Assembly: GCA_964016885.1 (NCBI GenBank)
Contig: OZ024762.1
Span: 3,286,001 to 3,350,000 of the forward strand
DNA length: 64,000 nucleotides
Source of the DNA: Eledone cirrhosa
Lineage: Eukaryota
Direction of reading: 5' to 3'
Positions within the stretch are counted from its first letter, which is position 1, and every line of letters starts with the position of its first letter. Under the pieces are notes generated by a model. That model was not told where the DNA came from, ran no database searches, and worked only from the letters and a program-made list of their open reading frames with translations. Positions 1 to 14,470 of the stretch are shown here, piece after piece. A program made the position numbers and the translations under genes.

Positions 1-232
1 ACGACCCTTTACGTTCTGTGTTCAAATCCCGCCGAGGTTAACTTTGCCTTTCATCCTTACGGGGTCGATAAAATAAAGTACCAGTCACGCACAGGGGGCG
101 ATTTAATCGACTTTCCCCTACTCCCAAATTGCTGGCCTTGTGCCTTTATAAGAAACCATTTTCGATAAAATAAAGTACCAGTAATGCACTGGGTAATTGC
201 TGGCCTTGTGCCTAAAGTAGAAACAATTATTA
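1..232 (+). mobile_element. tRNA-derived SINE (5' truncated by window edge)
   Basis: B-box-like GTTCAAATCC followed by the conserved GTTAACTTTGCCTTTCATCCTT..GGTCGATAAAATAAAGTACCAG block. Further copies at ~10340-10500(-), 12420-12640, 33130-33250(-), 33641-33825, 38925-39300, 54830-55040(-), 59915-60095. Confidence 0.8.
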
Positions 233-249
233 TTCTTGGAGTCTCAGTC

Positions 250-702
250 ATTGATGTTATTTAACTGGAAAGTTTGTTGAAATGAATATCATGCCGCTAC
301 CTGTAGCCTCAGATATTCAGGACGTATTGGAGGGTTGTTGCTGTTCCCAGCAAGCATGCCTTTTGAAGTGTTACAAAAAAGGGGGACTGGACTAATGTTC
401 TTTAACCATCCTTGAAAACTCTGTGAGATAGTACCTAGTGCTCCTATGATAATCGGGACGACCTTGATCACATGACAGTCCCAAATCCTTTTTAACTCCC
501 ACTTTAAATCCTGGTATCGGTTAATTTTTTCCTTCTCCTTTTCTTACACTCTTGTGTCTAAGGGGCAGGCTACATCTATAAGCAGACACAATCTTTTTTT
601 ACCTTGTCAAAAACCACCAGGTCAGGCCTATTGTGTTCTAATTTCTTGTCTGTCAGTATCCTGAAATCCCATATCACCTTCACTCGATCATTTTCTATCA
701 CC
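250..702 (-). mobile_element. 3' fragment of R4/Dong-type non-LTR retrotransposon (restriction-like endonuclease), frameshifted
   Basis: Minus-strand translation VIENDRVKVIWDFRILTDKKLEHNRPDLVVFDK...LIDVACP...RYQDLKWELKRIWDCHVIKVVPIIIGALGT matches the PD-(D/E)xK RLE C-terminus typical of the R4/Dong clade. Confidence 0.8.
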
Positions 703-731
703 ATTATTACTATTACTATTTACACCAACAG

Positions 732-854
732 GTTACTGAACCAGCGTATGGTAAAGTAGTTGTTATGGACGACATGGCTCAGATGGCACAGTTTGTCTTT
801 GATTTCTATAACTCCAAGGTTGACACCCTCATGCGTCAACGAACATTTGCTAAA
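732..854 (+). CDS. Penultimate coding exon of an unidentified gene entering from the left
   Basis: CAG acceptor at 729-731 and AAA|GTAAGT donor. 123 nt open frame VTEPAYGKVVVMDDMAQMAQFVFDFYNSKVDTLMRQRTFAK. Confidence 0.65.
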
Positions 855-1229
855 GTAAGTAACAGCTGCTTTTCATTTGAACCTATTTTATATTAACCCT
901 CTAGCATTTACATTACTCTATATATACTATGTATTTTCACGGTCAAGGCTTTATCTCACATAACATTTACATTACTCTATATATACTATGTATTTTCACG
1001 GTAAAGGCTTTATCTCACATAACATTTACATTACTCTATATATACTATTGTATTTTCACGTAAAGGGCTTTACCTCACATAATATCGAATCTGAGATTTT
1101 GAAATTATTTATATTGAGAACAATACCTTAACATAAGTATGAGTAACTAGTTACAGCCAGTTTAAACAGAAAGAGGTGAGGGAATCCTGGTCGGATATGG
1201 CCGCTTTAACCCTGTGATATAGATAGATC

Positions 1230-1490
1230 AAATGTAACAAACTAAGTGAGAAATTAGGAATAACAGGAATCAGATGCTGTTTACTTGAGAGGAGATTACG
1301 TTGGTGTGGTCATGTGATACGCATGAAAGACGACAGCTGGTTGATCAAAATTGATGGAAGTTATGGAGTAGGTAGACCCAGAAAAACCTGGGACGATATG
1401 ATAAAAACTCACCTTGCACACTTACACCTCTCTAAGACAATGTCACTGGATTGAGACCTTTGGCGCTACCCAGTAATACAGAAGACCCAC
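1230..1490 (+). mobile_element. RTE-clade LINE 3' fragment
   Basis: KLSEKLGITGIRCCLLERRLRWCGHVIRM...GRPRKTWDD; near-identical to the 3' part of the longer copy at 37150-37420. Confidence 0.8.
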
Positions 1491-1884
1491 CTTCCCTACT
1501 TACAAAGTTAACATAGTCAGTAGGCCCCTCCTAACCAAATATACACCCCAACCCACTACCCCTAAACCATCCTCCCTTCTCTGAAAAGTTATGTTGGTAC
1601 CACAGAACATCCAGTCCAAACTAAAGAGGTCGTGTAGGTGTTACGACAAAAAGTACCCAGTCCACACTGTAAATATGGTTGTTAGGAAGGGCATCCAGCT
1701 GTAGAAAACCTGCCAGATACAGTCCTATACGAGCGAGACACTGTCACCCAATCAATCTTGCCTCAAGTGGGACAATCCCTGTCTAACCCATGCTAGCATG
1801 GAAGATAGATGTTAAACTATGATGATGTAACCCGTCTTGTTCATATTCACAGTTATAGCTAACTTTTGTTTTCTTTATTTACAG

Positions 1885-1890
1885 CGATGA
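1885..1890 (+). CDS. Putative terminal exon coding part (R-stop) of the same gene, followed by a 3' UTR
   Basis: Strong polypyrimidine acceptor TTTTGTTTTCTTTATTTACAG, then CGA TGA in phase 0 with the 732-854 exon. Confidence 0.5.
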   Translation, partial: R

Positions 1891-3432
1891 TGTTGAAACA
1901 CGGACAGATCTTTTTTTACAAAATCCTGGACATCTATTGTTGCTCAGATAAACAGTTACCTGTATGACAGTAGTTATAATTGATCAGTGACACCTGTCTT
2001 TTGAACGACAGACTTTGTGGAAATCATCTTTCTTTCTCTCTCATTGGTTTTTCATCATAGTCATCACATTTTGTTCTAAATTTTATTTTTCTAAAAATTA
2101 TATATGTGTGTGTGTCCAAAGGTCATATGCCTTAATCTTGAATTATCATTTTACATCTATTGATAATGATGATGCTGATTCAAGATCAGGAGATATGACC
2201 TAAGATGTGAATGTAAGAAAAGAAAAAAAGAAAAAAATAACCCCTCCATTTCTCTATGTTCTCTGTTCAAACACACTTCTAAAAATACCATGAGAAGGAA
2301 GAAAAAAAAAACCGACAACGAAACAAAAACAACAAAATAATGTCTTTTCTTCCTACAAATTAGAAGACTTATGCTCGTAATTTAAAAAAAAAAAAAAAAA
2401 AAAAATCAATATTAAATTTTAGGGATCAAGACTTAGGCTGTGTGACTCAGTGGTAAAGGCATTGATCAGGAGTTGAAACTTTTCCTTGAACCCAGCGTAG
2501 GTCTAGAATGTCTGTTTTGAGCTGGGAGGTTTATCAGGCTGGTCCTTATCCCTGGTTTCTGTAGTGTGAAGCAACTGAGAGTACAAGACTTCCCCTCCCT
2601 GCCTCTGGAAAGGACGCCAGTCCATCGCAGGGTTAACTCCCACCCTTGCAGTTATTTCCGGTACTCATTTTCGGCTGAGATACTGGAGCAATGTGAAATG
2701 AAGAGTTTCTGCTCAAGAACGCAACACAACACACAACCCAGTCCAGGGATTGAACCCACATCATGATCAAAGCCATGCACCTCCAGCATGTATCAACAAT
2801 CATTAAAAGGACAAAACAACTGATACATAAAAAAAACAATATATTTTAACCTTCCTTTCAGTTCATTCTCTTCAGTCATGTTCTCATGCCATACACTTTA
2901 ATCTTCTGGCCGCTCTAGGTGCATCATGTTGTCCATAGAGTAATCTCCCCTTAATATATAACGCAGTGTTAAGGGGAGCAACCCATAAAAATTCAGCGTG
3001 CTGAAGATTAAAACAAATAATCCACCTGTATTTTGGAAGTTTTGTATAATAATGTTTTTAAATATATATATAAATTATCGTTTGGGCTCAGTAAAAATTG
3101 AGTGCCAATCAAGCATGATGAATATAATAAATACGACGCTGTTACAGCCATGGCACCATATCATCAGTAAATTTGTTATTTTTATACCTGTATCTATATA
3201 CTACTAAAACTCTGTGGTGTGCTTGTCTAATTTAATACAGCCAAAACGGCGCATAATGGGAAAATACTTTGAAACGAAGTTGACCCTGAAATGGGGATAC
3301 AAATGAAATGAAACAAGTTTTGTGTAAATCGGAGCACGGGTTCCCGAGATACAGGGTTTTTCCAGGTACCTTCATAAATAGAGAGACATGTCTCTATATA
3401 TTTTAATTATTTAAAAATTATTTTTAAGTGAA

Positions 3433-3461
3433 CGTGACCCAACGGGTCATGGGTGATCTCG
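3433..3461 (+). mobile_element. Possible Helitron-like 3' end (hairpin plus CTCGT)
   Basis: CGTGACCC-AAC-GGGTCATG stem-loop a few nt upstream of CTCGT, resembling the Helitron subterminal hairpin and CTRR end. Confidence 0.35.
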
Positions 3462-3924
3462 TATCTACTACAACCTAACGTAGTGCGACTTTTAGGTACT
3501 GTCATGTAGTATTACATCTATGTGCTATGTTGTGGTGTAACATTTAGGTATGATGTACACCTGTATGTTGTAAAGAGGTGCCTAAAATGTTTGATGCTGT
3601 TGTTAGAAAGGGCAACCAGTTAGAAAATACTGCCTCAAAAAGTCCCAACTAACCCATGCCAGCATCTAAGAGTGGTGATGGGATATATATATACACACAC
3701 ACATACATACACACAAGTATATATCATTATATATGTATGTTATGTTGGTACCACAAAACATCCAGCCCACACAGAAAAGTAGTCATTTATATGTCATGAC
3801 AAAAACCACCCAGCCCACACTAAACGTCTGTCTTCCACGCTAGCATGGGTTTAGACGGGAATTGTCCCATGTGAGGCAAGATAGGACTGTCTGGCGAGTT
3901 TTCTACGGCTGGATGCCCTTCCCA

Positions 3925-4205
3925 ACGACCAGGGGCACAGGGTAAGGCCGTTAGGTCTTTTCTCATCACTTCTGGACAACCCAGGTGGTTCCAAGATTGA
4001 GGGGGTGTTTGTCCGGGCCAAAGCTCCCTTAAGAATAAGGTTTAGTTCCGTGTGACACACGGCGGGCACCGGCATTCAGGCGGCAAGAAAGACTGCGCAG
4101 GCCTGTGGAGTGGGAGTTTGTGACGTATAGACGTCAGCTCCCACTCTGAGGGCAATGGAGACATGAAGTTCGTCCAAGCTGAGTAGGCCACCAACGTTGG
4201 CCACG
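3925..4205 (-). mobile_element. CRE-like non-LTR retrotransposon fragment (zinc knuckle plus RLE)
   Basis: SIALRVGADV...LSCRLNAG...HTELNLILKGALARTNTPSILEPPGLSRSDEKRPNGLTL; the EPxGLxRxDxKRPDG motif is typical of CRE-type RLE elements. Confidence 0.7.
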
Positions 4206-4914
4206 GGTCCCCCTCCCCACTCTTTTCTTCTTTTAATGTTTTTTTTTAATCTCCCTTTTATGCGTTTATGTTTGTATATATCATGTGTTTATTTTCTTTC
4301 GGTAAGCATTATATTATATTTTTATACAACTCTTACAAAATAAAACAATTAGTTTTTCATGATCCTGTCCCTCCCCCAAAAATTACCGATGTTTATCTTA
4401 CCTTTTATGGTATACAAATTAGTGTTTTACTGTGAAATATCTTTCTTTAATTACACTATGTAATAAGTGCTTGGTTATTGCAGCGTCTTAGCCTCGTCAA
4501 CACACGTGCTAATGCTGCCAGTGCTTTGTCTTGCCTCCAAAAATATTAGAGAGGCCCCCAGTACCTTTTGTTCTGTTGTGATAGTGTGTGTGAGATCTCC
4601 TCAATATATGTTTGTGTTCTGGGCGATCCTTGGTTTTAGTGTCCTAAATTATCATCATCATCGCCATTCAATTATTAGCCCCACCCACTACACGATATGC
4701 TGCTGCTTGATTTTGACATGTTCATTTATTTACAGTTTTTAACAGAAACACTATGCTTCATTTTTACATGAATATTTATTTACAGTTTTTAACAGAAAAA
4801 ATATTGCTGCGAAACAGATTTACAGTTTTTAACAACAGAAAAAAAATTTCTTTAAACAATATATTGTTGCGATATACAGTTTAAAATCTTTTCCAAACAT
4901 TTAACTTCACCAGT

Positions 4915-5813
4915 TGGATACTTGGCATTGCGCCATCGCCACTCAAACTCCCTTAAATACGACTGAAACAGGGGTCCGCTGGTACCATTGATGCGTTTTA
5001 GTTTCTTTTTGGCATGAGACCACATCCCCTCAATATTTTGCGTGTGTGTACTTGATATGGGATCAACGAAATGCTGCGAATGGTTGAGTCAGATGTGTAT
5101 AACAACCAGGCAAATTTAGTATTTGATTGTATGCCGGCCACTCATCTGTATGGATCATAGATCCATTTGCACAGTGCCTTTCAATGAGGCAGTAGAGTCT
5201 CAGCAGTACAATCAGGGATCTCATGTAGGAAGATATTGCGGGGATTATTGGTATCAATTCCGCCAATGATCCAATATCCTTCATGCCAGAGCCCACGAGC
5301 ATATTTACGATGAAAATATTTGCTCTCATCAATTTGTACAGTTATTGGTATTCCGTTAGAATCAAGACGACCGAGTATCGCCGGATTTTGCTCAACCCAT
5401 TCACTACATACATCACCAGTCGGTAACGGTGGTTGTATTGTTTCAGCGAATTTGATTTGAAATAACAACATTTTCGGTGTCAAAACACCAATCGAGAATT
5501 TGTTGTAGATTCAAATGACTTCTAGTAAAAAAAATGATCCACAACGAATCGATTGCGTAAAGTTGTATGCCTTACATTTCTATCTAAAGCCATCAATCCG
5601 CTCTTTCAAAGTCACAAACGAACATAAAATATTGCAGGCAGTACAATTAACAGTATTTGAAATTAACCGGTTGCTAACCAGAAATTCCAGAGTAGAGCGA
5701 TTATTTGCCCTAATTTAATGCATTTCACGGTGTGTTAAATTCATATTTAAAGTTTCTTCTGGTGAATTAATATTCTCAACAATAAATTGTGCTGCGCGCG
5801 GTCTTCCAGCCAT
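4915..5813 (-). mobile_element. Merlin (IS1595/IS1016-like) DDE transposase pseudogene
   Basis: Across frameshifts: VQIDESKYFHRKYARG..WIIGGID..TAETLLP / IHTDEWPAYNQI / HFVDPISSTHTQNIEGMWSHAKKKL..YLREFEWR. ATG at 5813 is followed by a Cys-rich N-terminus with in-frame stops. Confidence 0.85.
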
Positions 5814-8384
5814 ATTTCTTTCGAATAACTATTGCGATATTCGTGGAGGATGGCCGTGTTCTGTAACAGTTTTTTTTACAGATTTTTAAACCTTAAAATT
5901 ACGGATGCAATCTTTAATAAACACGAACTAACCATAGATATAGTTTAATTTTTTTTTTGTCCCAGATAGCAACAGCGGAAACGGAAATTAGACTAGTATA
6001 TATGTGTCTGTGAGAGATAGACATTACCATATTCCACTCTCAACCGACAACCACAAGTAATTACAAGTCGTTTCCAAGCGGTTTCTAGAAGTTAGTGTGA
6101 CGAAAATAGTCAAGAATGTCTAACAATAATATTTATAGTGCGATGGCTTTATGTGAGGCGAGAGCAGAAGTGATATCAGGTGAGTTTTACTGAGAACAGG
6201 GTAGGGACTGGCCTATCTCTTTTATTTTATTTCAATTGCCATGACCTTTTTAAGATGTCTGTTGAATTTTTCTGAATCATTCATTTAATTCTCCTCGGCA
6301 TATAAGATCTGTTTCATGTAATATAATATCAATTCTTGTTTCAGTATTTTTTTTTCTTCTTCTGTTTGTGTCATTACACCCATTTCACACCCGGATGTAA
6401 TTATAAATTTCTCGAGTGGAGGATCCACAAAAAACGATTTTGAAGGCCACATTAATTGAAAAACCGCACAAAAAAACCCCTATCATACGAAAAACATAAA
6501 TTTCACCTCAAAAGTCCCAACCAAACCTAACTAAGCAACTGATTGCTTTTAAAATTACTAATTAGATCGGTTTCGTAGGCAGATATAATATCTGCCTTGT
6601 CTGGGACGTCACTGCGAGATTCCAATCTTCACTGGCGGCTCGCCTAATAGAGGTAACTGGCGAATCTCGCGAGGGCACTTGGTTGTTCCAGCGCATTAGC
6701 CTCGCCATACCCGAGGCAACGCTGCGAGTGTGCTGGCTTGCCTAAAAAATCATTAGAGAGGTTGCCCGGTACTCCTCGCTGTTGTTCACCCCTTCCTTTA
6801 TATTTTCTTTAATATTGCAACATTAAAAGAATATATCCTTCTGAAAGAATCGCGAGCCATTTATAATGTTATCTAAGCATTTGTAATGTTATTTATGTAT
6901 AGATTTAAAGCACATTTATGTTATTCTACTGTAAATTTATTTATATGCCTTGTTAACACACATAGTTAACATATATAATATCTTAAGTATATCTTAGTTA
7001 TGGTCATTTAATACCCGGTAAGGGTAATTAGACTCATTCCAAGGTAGAGATGATCCTCTTTCTAGTATCAACCATCACTGGTATCGATGCCTCCCAGATG
7101 GGCATCAATTCGAGAAGAGATAGTTAAACTTGAGCGGGTGGTTGGTCAATCCTTTTGCTTATTTATTTATTTTAATCAATGAATCGATTTGCAAGCTGTC
7201 TGCAAAGAAATCTAATCTACTTATCCTCTCGTTCAATCATTTAAGCATTTTAAAAATTACCCAGAGGCATAAAATGGGTGTGGCAAGTATAGCACCTGCT
7301 ATGGACTGATTTGGAGCATTTTCAATTGAAGTCAGATCAGCTATCGTCAGAGAGTGAAAAAAGAAACTTCTTCAGATGTATGATCTGTCTTTGATTATTA
7401 TCATGGCTGAGAAGAAACACTGTGGTGGTTGGATCATTAAACCATATATATAAATTATTAGGCCCCCGTAGATAAAAATACAGTGCGGGGAACTACAAGA
7501 CAACATAGGCATATCTCGTGATAATATAACTTGTGAAATATTTTAATAGGGTTTAATATTTGTCAAAGATCAGTATTACACAGATCACTCCCTTTAAATA
7601 CACGAATGCACTTTTGCCAATACTTCACGTATACTTAGGCTTTAAATACCCACATAATTATTCCATTACCCAAAGTTTCATGAAACTAGACGATCTTAAA
7701 TATAGTACCAGTAATTCAGTGGGGGGTAATTGTTGGCCTTGTGCCAAAAGTAGAAACAGTTATTAAATTTTGTAAATTTATCTCTTGGGAAATTTTAAGT
7801 GGTAACATTCCTGCAACAATTAATTTTCTTTATACATTAAAAAAACATTATACATGACAAATAAAGTACATTACTAGAAATCCCATGTTATAAAATAAAT
7901 AGGATGGGTTGGCGTCTCTGGGCTTCAATATGTAAATTTAACGACATTGTTTTTTCGGGTTTTTTTTTTATCAAGGCAGACAACCTAGAAAAATGATTAT
8001 ATATTATTTACAATTTGCATGTAGACAGGTCTCTTGCACGTTAATTTCACTATATATGTACGCATATAACTGTGTGTGTGTGTACACACAGTTAATCTGT
8101 TGTCATTTCAGTTCTCTCCCTTCCTCCATAATGTTCTCAGCCCAAAGTCCCAACTAACCTCTTCACAACGTTACAGTCAATCAGACTTCCTCTAGTCATA
8201 AGAGTACATTTTTCTTTTGAAACCCAAGTAACCGTTGTTTTCGTAACATCGTTCTACTTTTATCCTCCCATTCCTGGTACATTGGGTAAGTGTCTTCTAC
8301 AGTAATTTTTGTGGATGAAATTTGGTAGATGGATGGAAATTGTTAAAGCCTGTCGTGTACGCGCGCCATATATATCTATATATA

Positions 8385-8459
8385 CAGGGTGTCCCCTAAA
8401 AATGTTTACAAGCTTCACCAGCATTCTAATAAGAGTATACATTTTGGGGGGACACCCTG
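8385..8459. mobile_element. ~75 bp Tc1/mariner-type MITE
   Basis: TIRs CAGGGTGTCCCC...GGGGACACCCTG within TA tracts. Degenerate copies at ~9684-9768, 11754-11852, 43132-43207. Confidence 0.7.
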
Positions 8460-8560
8460 TGTACATGTATATATATATATACATATATACACACACACAG
8501 ACCTCCACTTCCACCAAGCATAACAGTAAAAATTGCCTCCTGCGTTTTGTTTCATTTATC

Positions 8561-8596
<36 letters not shown>

Positions 8597-8598
<2 letters not shown>

Positions 8599-8810
8599 CA
8601 AAATAGATATTCTTGTGATCAAGTATATTTTATTATACATATTTCAGAGGTACTGAGTTAACTTCAACAGTACGTCCGCATCAGATAAAATAAGATAGTG
8701 CATGACATGCCCTGACCTCGTAGATGGTTAAGATTCAGTCATGGTAGTAATCTATTGTAAAACTCATTCTTTGATTTATTCATTGAACCTTGTTTAACCT
8801 TTAAATATAT
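8597..8810 (-). mobile_element. Penelope-like pLTR fragment with hammerhead-like motif
   Basis: Minus strand reads TTATTTTAT-CTGATGC-GGACGTACTG...CAGTACCTCT-GAAA-TATGTATA-ATAAAATA. Same family at 38190-38565 and 62525-62580. Confidence 0.55.
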
Positions 8811-11058
8811 ATATATATCTTCCTGCTATATCAAGCGTTAACCTAATATATCCCTTCCATATACTGTACCGATTGTGTTGTTATTTGTTTACCTCTCTCT
8901 CTCACGAAGGAAGTGTGGTAAGGAACCAGATGGACCATAACGCACCAGAGTACTCAATACTTATGTTAGTAGAGTGGGTAATAGGAAAATGTTCAAGACC
9001 CCGACGGCTTGAGCTCTGCCGTCGGCGTCTTGAACATTTTCCTATATATATATAATTATGTGTAGGTGGATGAGATGTTATTAGATAAGACCATAATCTA
9101 ACGGCTTAAGCTTAGCCGTTGGGTAAATATATATATGTGTGTGTATTAAATTAAGGAGTAATTTATAATAGCTTATATATATATATACTACATTCATACA
9201 TACATACATACACGAACCATATTTTCTATTGAAACTGCGGCTAGAGATATAAATTCGACTTCACTTGGTCATCCCGACAAGATGCGAATTTATTGCTAAA
9301 TATAGAAGAAGCTGGACACCCAGAGAGACACTGATGTCTTCAAACGAAGTTAATAAAATATTTGGAACTAGTCGAAATATGAAGTTATTTCTTTGGTAAT
9401 TTAGATTTATTTAAAAAAAAAGGACAATGTATTAACTCACTATTTATATATGAAAACGGTAAGTTTATAAAGATTTCTATATTTTGAGGCTATAATATAA
9501 TAATGCGTGTGTGAATTATGGAATTTAATTATGTAGAAGACAGAAAATACGTTAGGTACATTGGGAAGAGATATTTATTCGTTTTGATTTTTATATTCTA
9601 TATTCAGAATAATAATTTCTAAACTGAAATATAGATCTGTTATTTTATTTCTTCTCAATTATATATATATATATATATATATACCGTATGCCCCCCCCCC
9701 CCACAAAAAAAATGTATACACACTTATTAGAATGTTGTTGAAGTGTATATACATTTTTTAGGACACTATATATATTATTATTATTTTTTAAACCAAAGCC
9801 GACTGTTTGGTGCAATCTAAAATATAAATCTTCATAGCGGCCGATGACAACTTCTTTTTCCGTCTTTTAAGGGTGTTCACACTATTTTATAAGTTATCTT
9901 TCTAGCATTTCTTCGCTTGACAGCCGAAAATTCGGTTTCGTACTCTATAAATTAAATATTTTAATAGCATTTGTAATACAAAATCTTTAGATTGGACCTT
10001 GACACACTAAAACCCAACGATTAGATAGATATTTAACCCATAAGATAGATAAAGCAGCATACTATGTTCTGGTTTAGGCACAAGGTAAACGATTTGGTGA
10101 TAGCTATGAGAGAGTAAAAGAAAGTCGATTAAATCTGCATGATTTCAACTTGTAATTAAATAACCACGTAAGCACTTTGTTCGATCATCTAACGATTACT
10201 ACTATATCGAATATCATTCCTCTATCTAGTACTGTATTATTTTTAGCACTTTGGTAATATCGTTAAAATAACAGACAATCCACCGCCATATCGATTGTGG
10301 TATTGATATTCATTTTATTATAGACATGACTTCGATGAAATTGGCCCCAGTGCGTGACTGGTACTTTATTTTATCGACCCCCCCGTAAGGATGAAAGGCA
10401 AAGTTAACCTCGGCGGGATTTGAACTCAGACCATACAGCGCCGTAACTCTTTGCTGCAAAGCATGGCGTCCGACCCTCTACCGATTCTGCCAATCCGAGT
10501 AATATAATATTGGTCTGTGTGTTATTTTAAGCACCTTGCCCAATGATCTGACCATACTATCAATCCACTAACATATCGATTGTAATAACAATAATAATTA
10601 TTCGTCTGTGTGGTATTGTTTTATTATTTGTTCTTAAAATCATTTTTAATGCGAACGTTTTGTAATAACTAATTAATTCATCACAATCGGAACATGGATT
10701 ATGGAAAGGGCCATCCATATGTGGTGAAACATTCTCGAAGCAGATTAAATATTTATTTAATAACCTTTCAGGGCAAAACTGCTAGAATTGTTGGTAATTT
10801 TATTTTATATATATATGTGTGTGTGTGTGTGTATAACAAAGGAATTGTGGTAAGGAACCAAATGGACCATAACGCATAATGCCGTCGGGGTCATACTTTT
10901 TCCTATATATATATATATATATAATCTCCGACTATTGGTCTTCCACAAACATAACTTGCCCTGGCTTATGTATCGGAGGGGCACTCTCTGTTATTCGTGG
11001 TCGAAAGGGGCTTACGGTATATATACATACCAGGTGCGCTTTTTAAAAAATATAATTT

Positions 11059-11104
<46 letters not shown>

Positions 11105-11479
11105 CCCATTTCCCTAAACCGTCAACCACAAACGGCTGTCTCGCAATGAAGGTGAATAATGAACTTCAGATTCGTTCAAAACACATTTCTTTAAAAAGCC
11201 ATAGGTAAAACCTTAATTTCACCTTTGACGCGAGACAGCTCTAATTGGCTGTCCAATTATTTATATATCCATTAATAGAAACTACGCTGTTGTATAATTA
11301 GTTTTGTACACTGATACATCGTGACTCCAGAGAATGTTCTAGGTCAAGCATTGTTAATCTTTTTTTGTTATTTTGAATCGGTTTAATCGCTTCGTTATAT
11401 TACCATGTGGTTTTTAAAGAGACGTTTGTGTGTGTGTGTGTGTGTGTGGTGGGGGAAGGGAGCCGAGCCAGCTGACAAA

Positions 11480-11514
11480 GAAGTTGTTGGCGGTTCGTCT
11501 TAGCGAGATATCAG
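11480..11514 (+). promoter_or_regulatory. Putative non-coding first exon/promoter of ZNF gene 1
   Basis: Local CpG enrichment and GATATCAG|GTGATC donor. A similar GATATCAG|GTGAGT donor lies at 6172-6185. A strong acceptor (T)nCAG ends at 13019. Confidence 0.3.
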
Positions 11515-11903
11515 GTGATCTTTTCGGTTGAAGGGGGGGGGGGGGGTTCTAGCATCCTGGCTGCGATATCACCCGTGACGAGGCTGCGAGTTATGTTGGC
11601 TTGTATTAAAAAAAATATTTGAGGGAATCTTCAATGTCCCCATATTGTGGCGTGTAATAGTGTGTCCGTCTTCTCACCATCTTTACATATATATATCTAG
11701 GGAGTGTAACTTGGGGTTACTGTACGTTCACCCGGGTAAATATATATATATAGGCAGTGCCCCCCCCCCCCCAATGTATACACACTTTGATTACCTGTAC
11801 AGGCAATATTTAGAATGCTATTGAAGTGGATATGCATTTTTGGGACACCCTGTATATATATATATATAATATATGTGTGTGTGTGTGTATATATATATAT
11901 ATA

Positions 11904-12342
11904 CAGTGAATCTTCGCTTATCCGGACGGTCAAAACCAAACAGTTAGAAAAAGAAACTGAATTGAGTCAAACCATAAAAAGTTAGTACTTTTTAAAAAAT
12001 GAATAAATAGAAGATTGTTTTCGCGCCGAAGCTCGTCTTTCCGCTACCATTTCCACGTAACAGTTGAACAGCCAACCATCTCCCTCATGTTTATCGCACG
12101 TAAAAATGGAATCATTCCCGTGTCCCCTTTTCCGATCAAATCCCGCAGCAATTGTTTTCTGTAAATCCGCTTTAGTGTCTCCAAAACTCCCTGGTCCATT
12201 GGCTGAATAAGTGAGGTAACGTTGGCCGGAAGAAATGCTGCCGAAATCAAGTCCTCCTCATCCGGAGGTAGTATAGAAATAGCCGTCCGGTAAATCGAAT
12301 TCCGGAAAGGCATTCAGTATCCGGATAAGCGAAGATGCACTG
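11904..12342 (-). mobile_element. Internally deleted Tigger/pogo DNA transposon
   Basis: TIRs CAGTGAATCTTCGCTTATCCGGA / TCCGGATAAGCGAAGATGCACTG flanked by TA. The internal DDE_1 motif reads FLPANVTSLIQPMDQGVLETLKRIYRKQLL. Confidence 0.9.
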
Positions 12343-12365
12343 TATGTATGTATGTATGTATGTAT

Positions 12366-12421
<56 letters not shown>

Positions 12422-13341
12422 CAGCAAATTGACGGTCATGTAGAATGTTTTGCGGTATTCGTTTCTGTTCTCCACTCTCTGAGTTCAAATCCCACGAAGG
12501 TCAATTTTGCGTTTCATCCTTTCCAGGTTGATGAAAAAAAGTACCAGTCTGGTACTGGAGAGTATTCTTTTTCTGTGTCTATTTCTCACTTCCACTTCTC
12601 TGAACGAAATCTGCTGTATTCCGACCTGGAGAATTTCGAGATCTTCCAAAAGAATCTTATATAAGAGCTATATGCCAAATCACTGTCATAGCAATGTAAT
12701 CCTCACCAACACTGTTTAATGTCCATTTTCCTATCCGTGCATGGGTTAGACGGGTCATCCATGTTTTGATACATGTCTGGCCAGTTGGCCGCACCATACC
12801 TTGCTCAATTTTGAGCATTAAACTAATATATATTCCTTCCATATACTGTACTGTTTGTGTTATTTATGTTTATATATATAATTAATAATTGTAGTACATC
12901 CTTCCAACTTCTTTATTGAATTAATGAAATACAGTAATGTTTTATTAGAAATATGATGAAACATTTAAGTATTCTCTATATCTGAAATTGTTTTTTTTTT
13001 TTTTTTTTTTTTTTTTCAGAATATCAGATGACATTGGCATGGAAGAATCTTTTACACCATATACATCATCATCATCATTTAGAATCATTGAAAAGCTATA
13101 GATTTATATAAAACCTATATATATGGCTGAACTACTGTTTCAAATCTGTACCAGATTATTTTACAAAGCAATCAAATTTGGAGAAATTAACGAGAGTTTA
13201 TAGCAGGAACTTCAGATATCAACCAAGATCACAGTTGATAGAAATAGTTGGAGATGGAGGTGGAGGTGGAAATATGTTTGTGGACGAATAAAAATGAGGA
13301 CATGAAAAATATCTGTGTATTGTGGTGAGAGAAGAAAAATT

Positions 13342-14470
<1,129 letters not shown>

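Noticed and set aside
4915-5813. Bacterial IS1595 contamination or recent horizontal transfer
   Set aside because: Decayed, AT-rich and embedded in host repeats; Merlin is an established eukaryotic superfamily.
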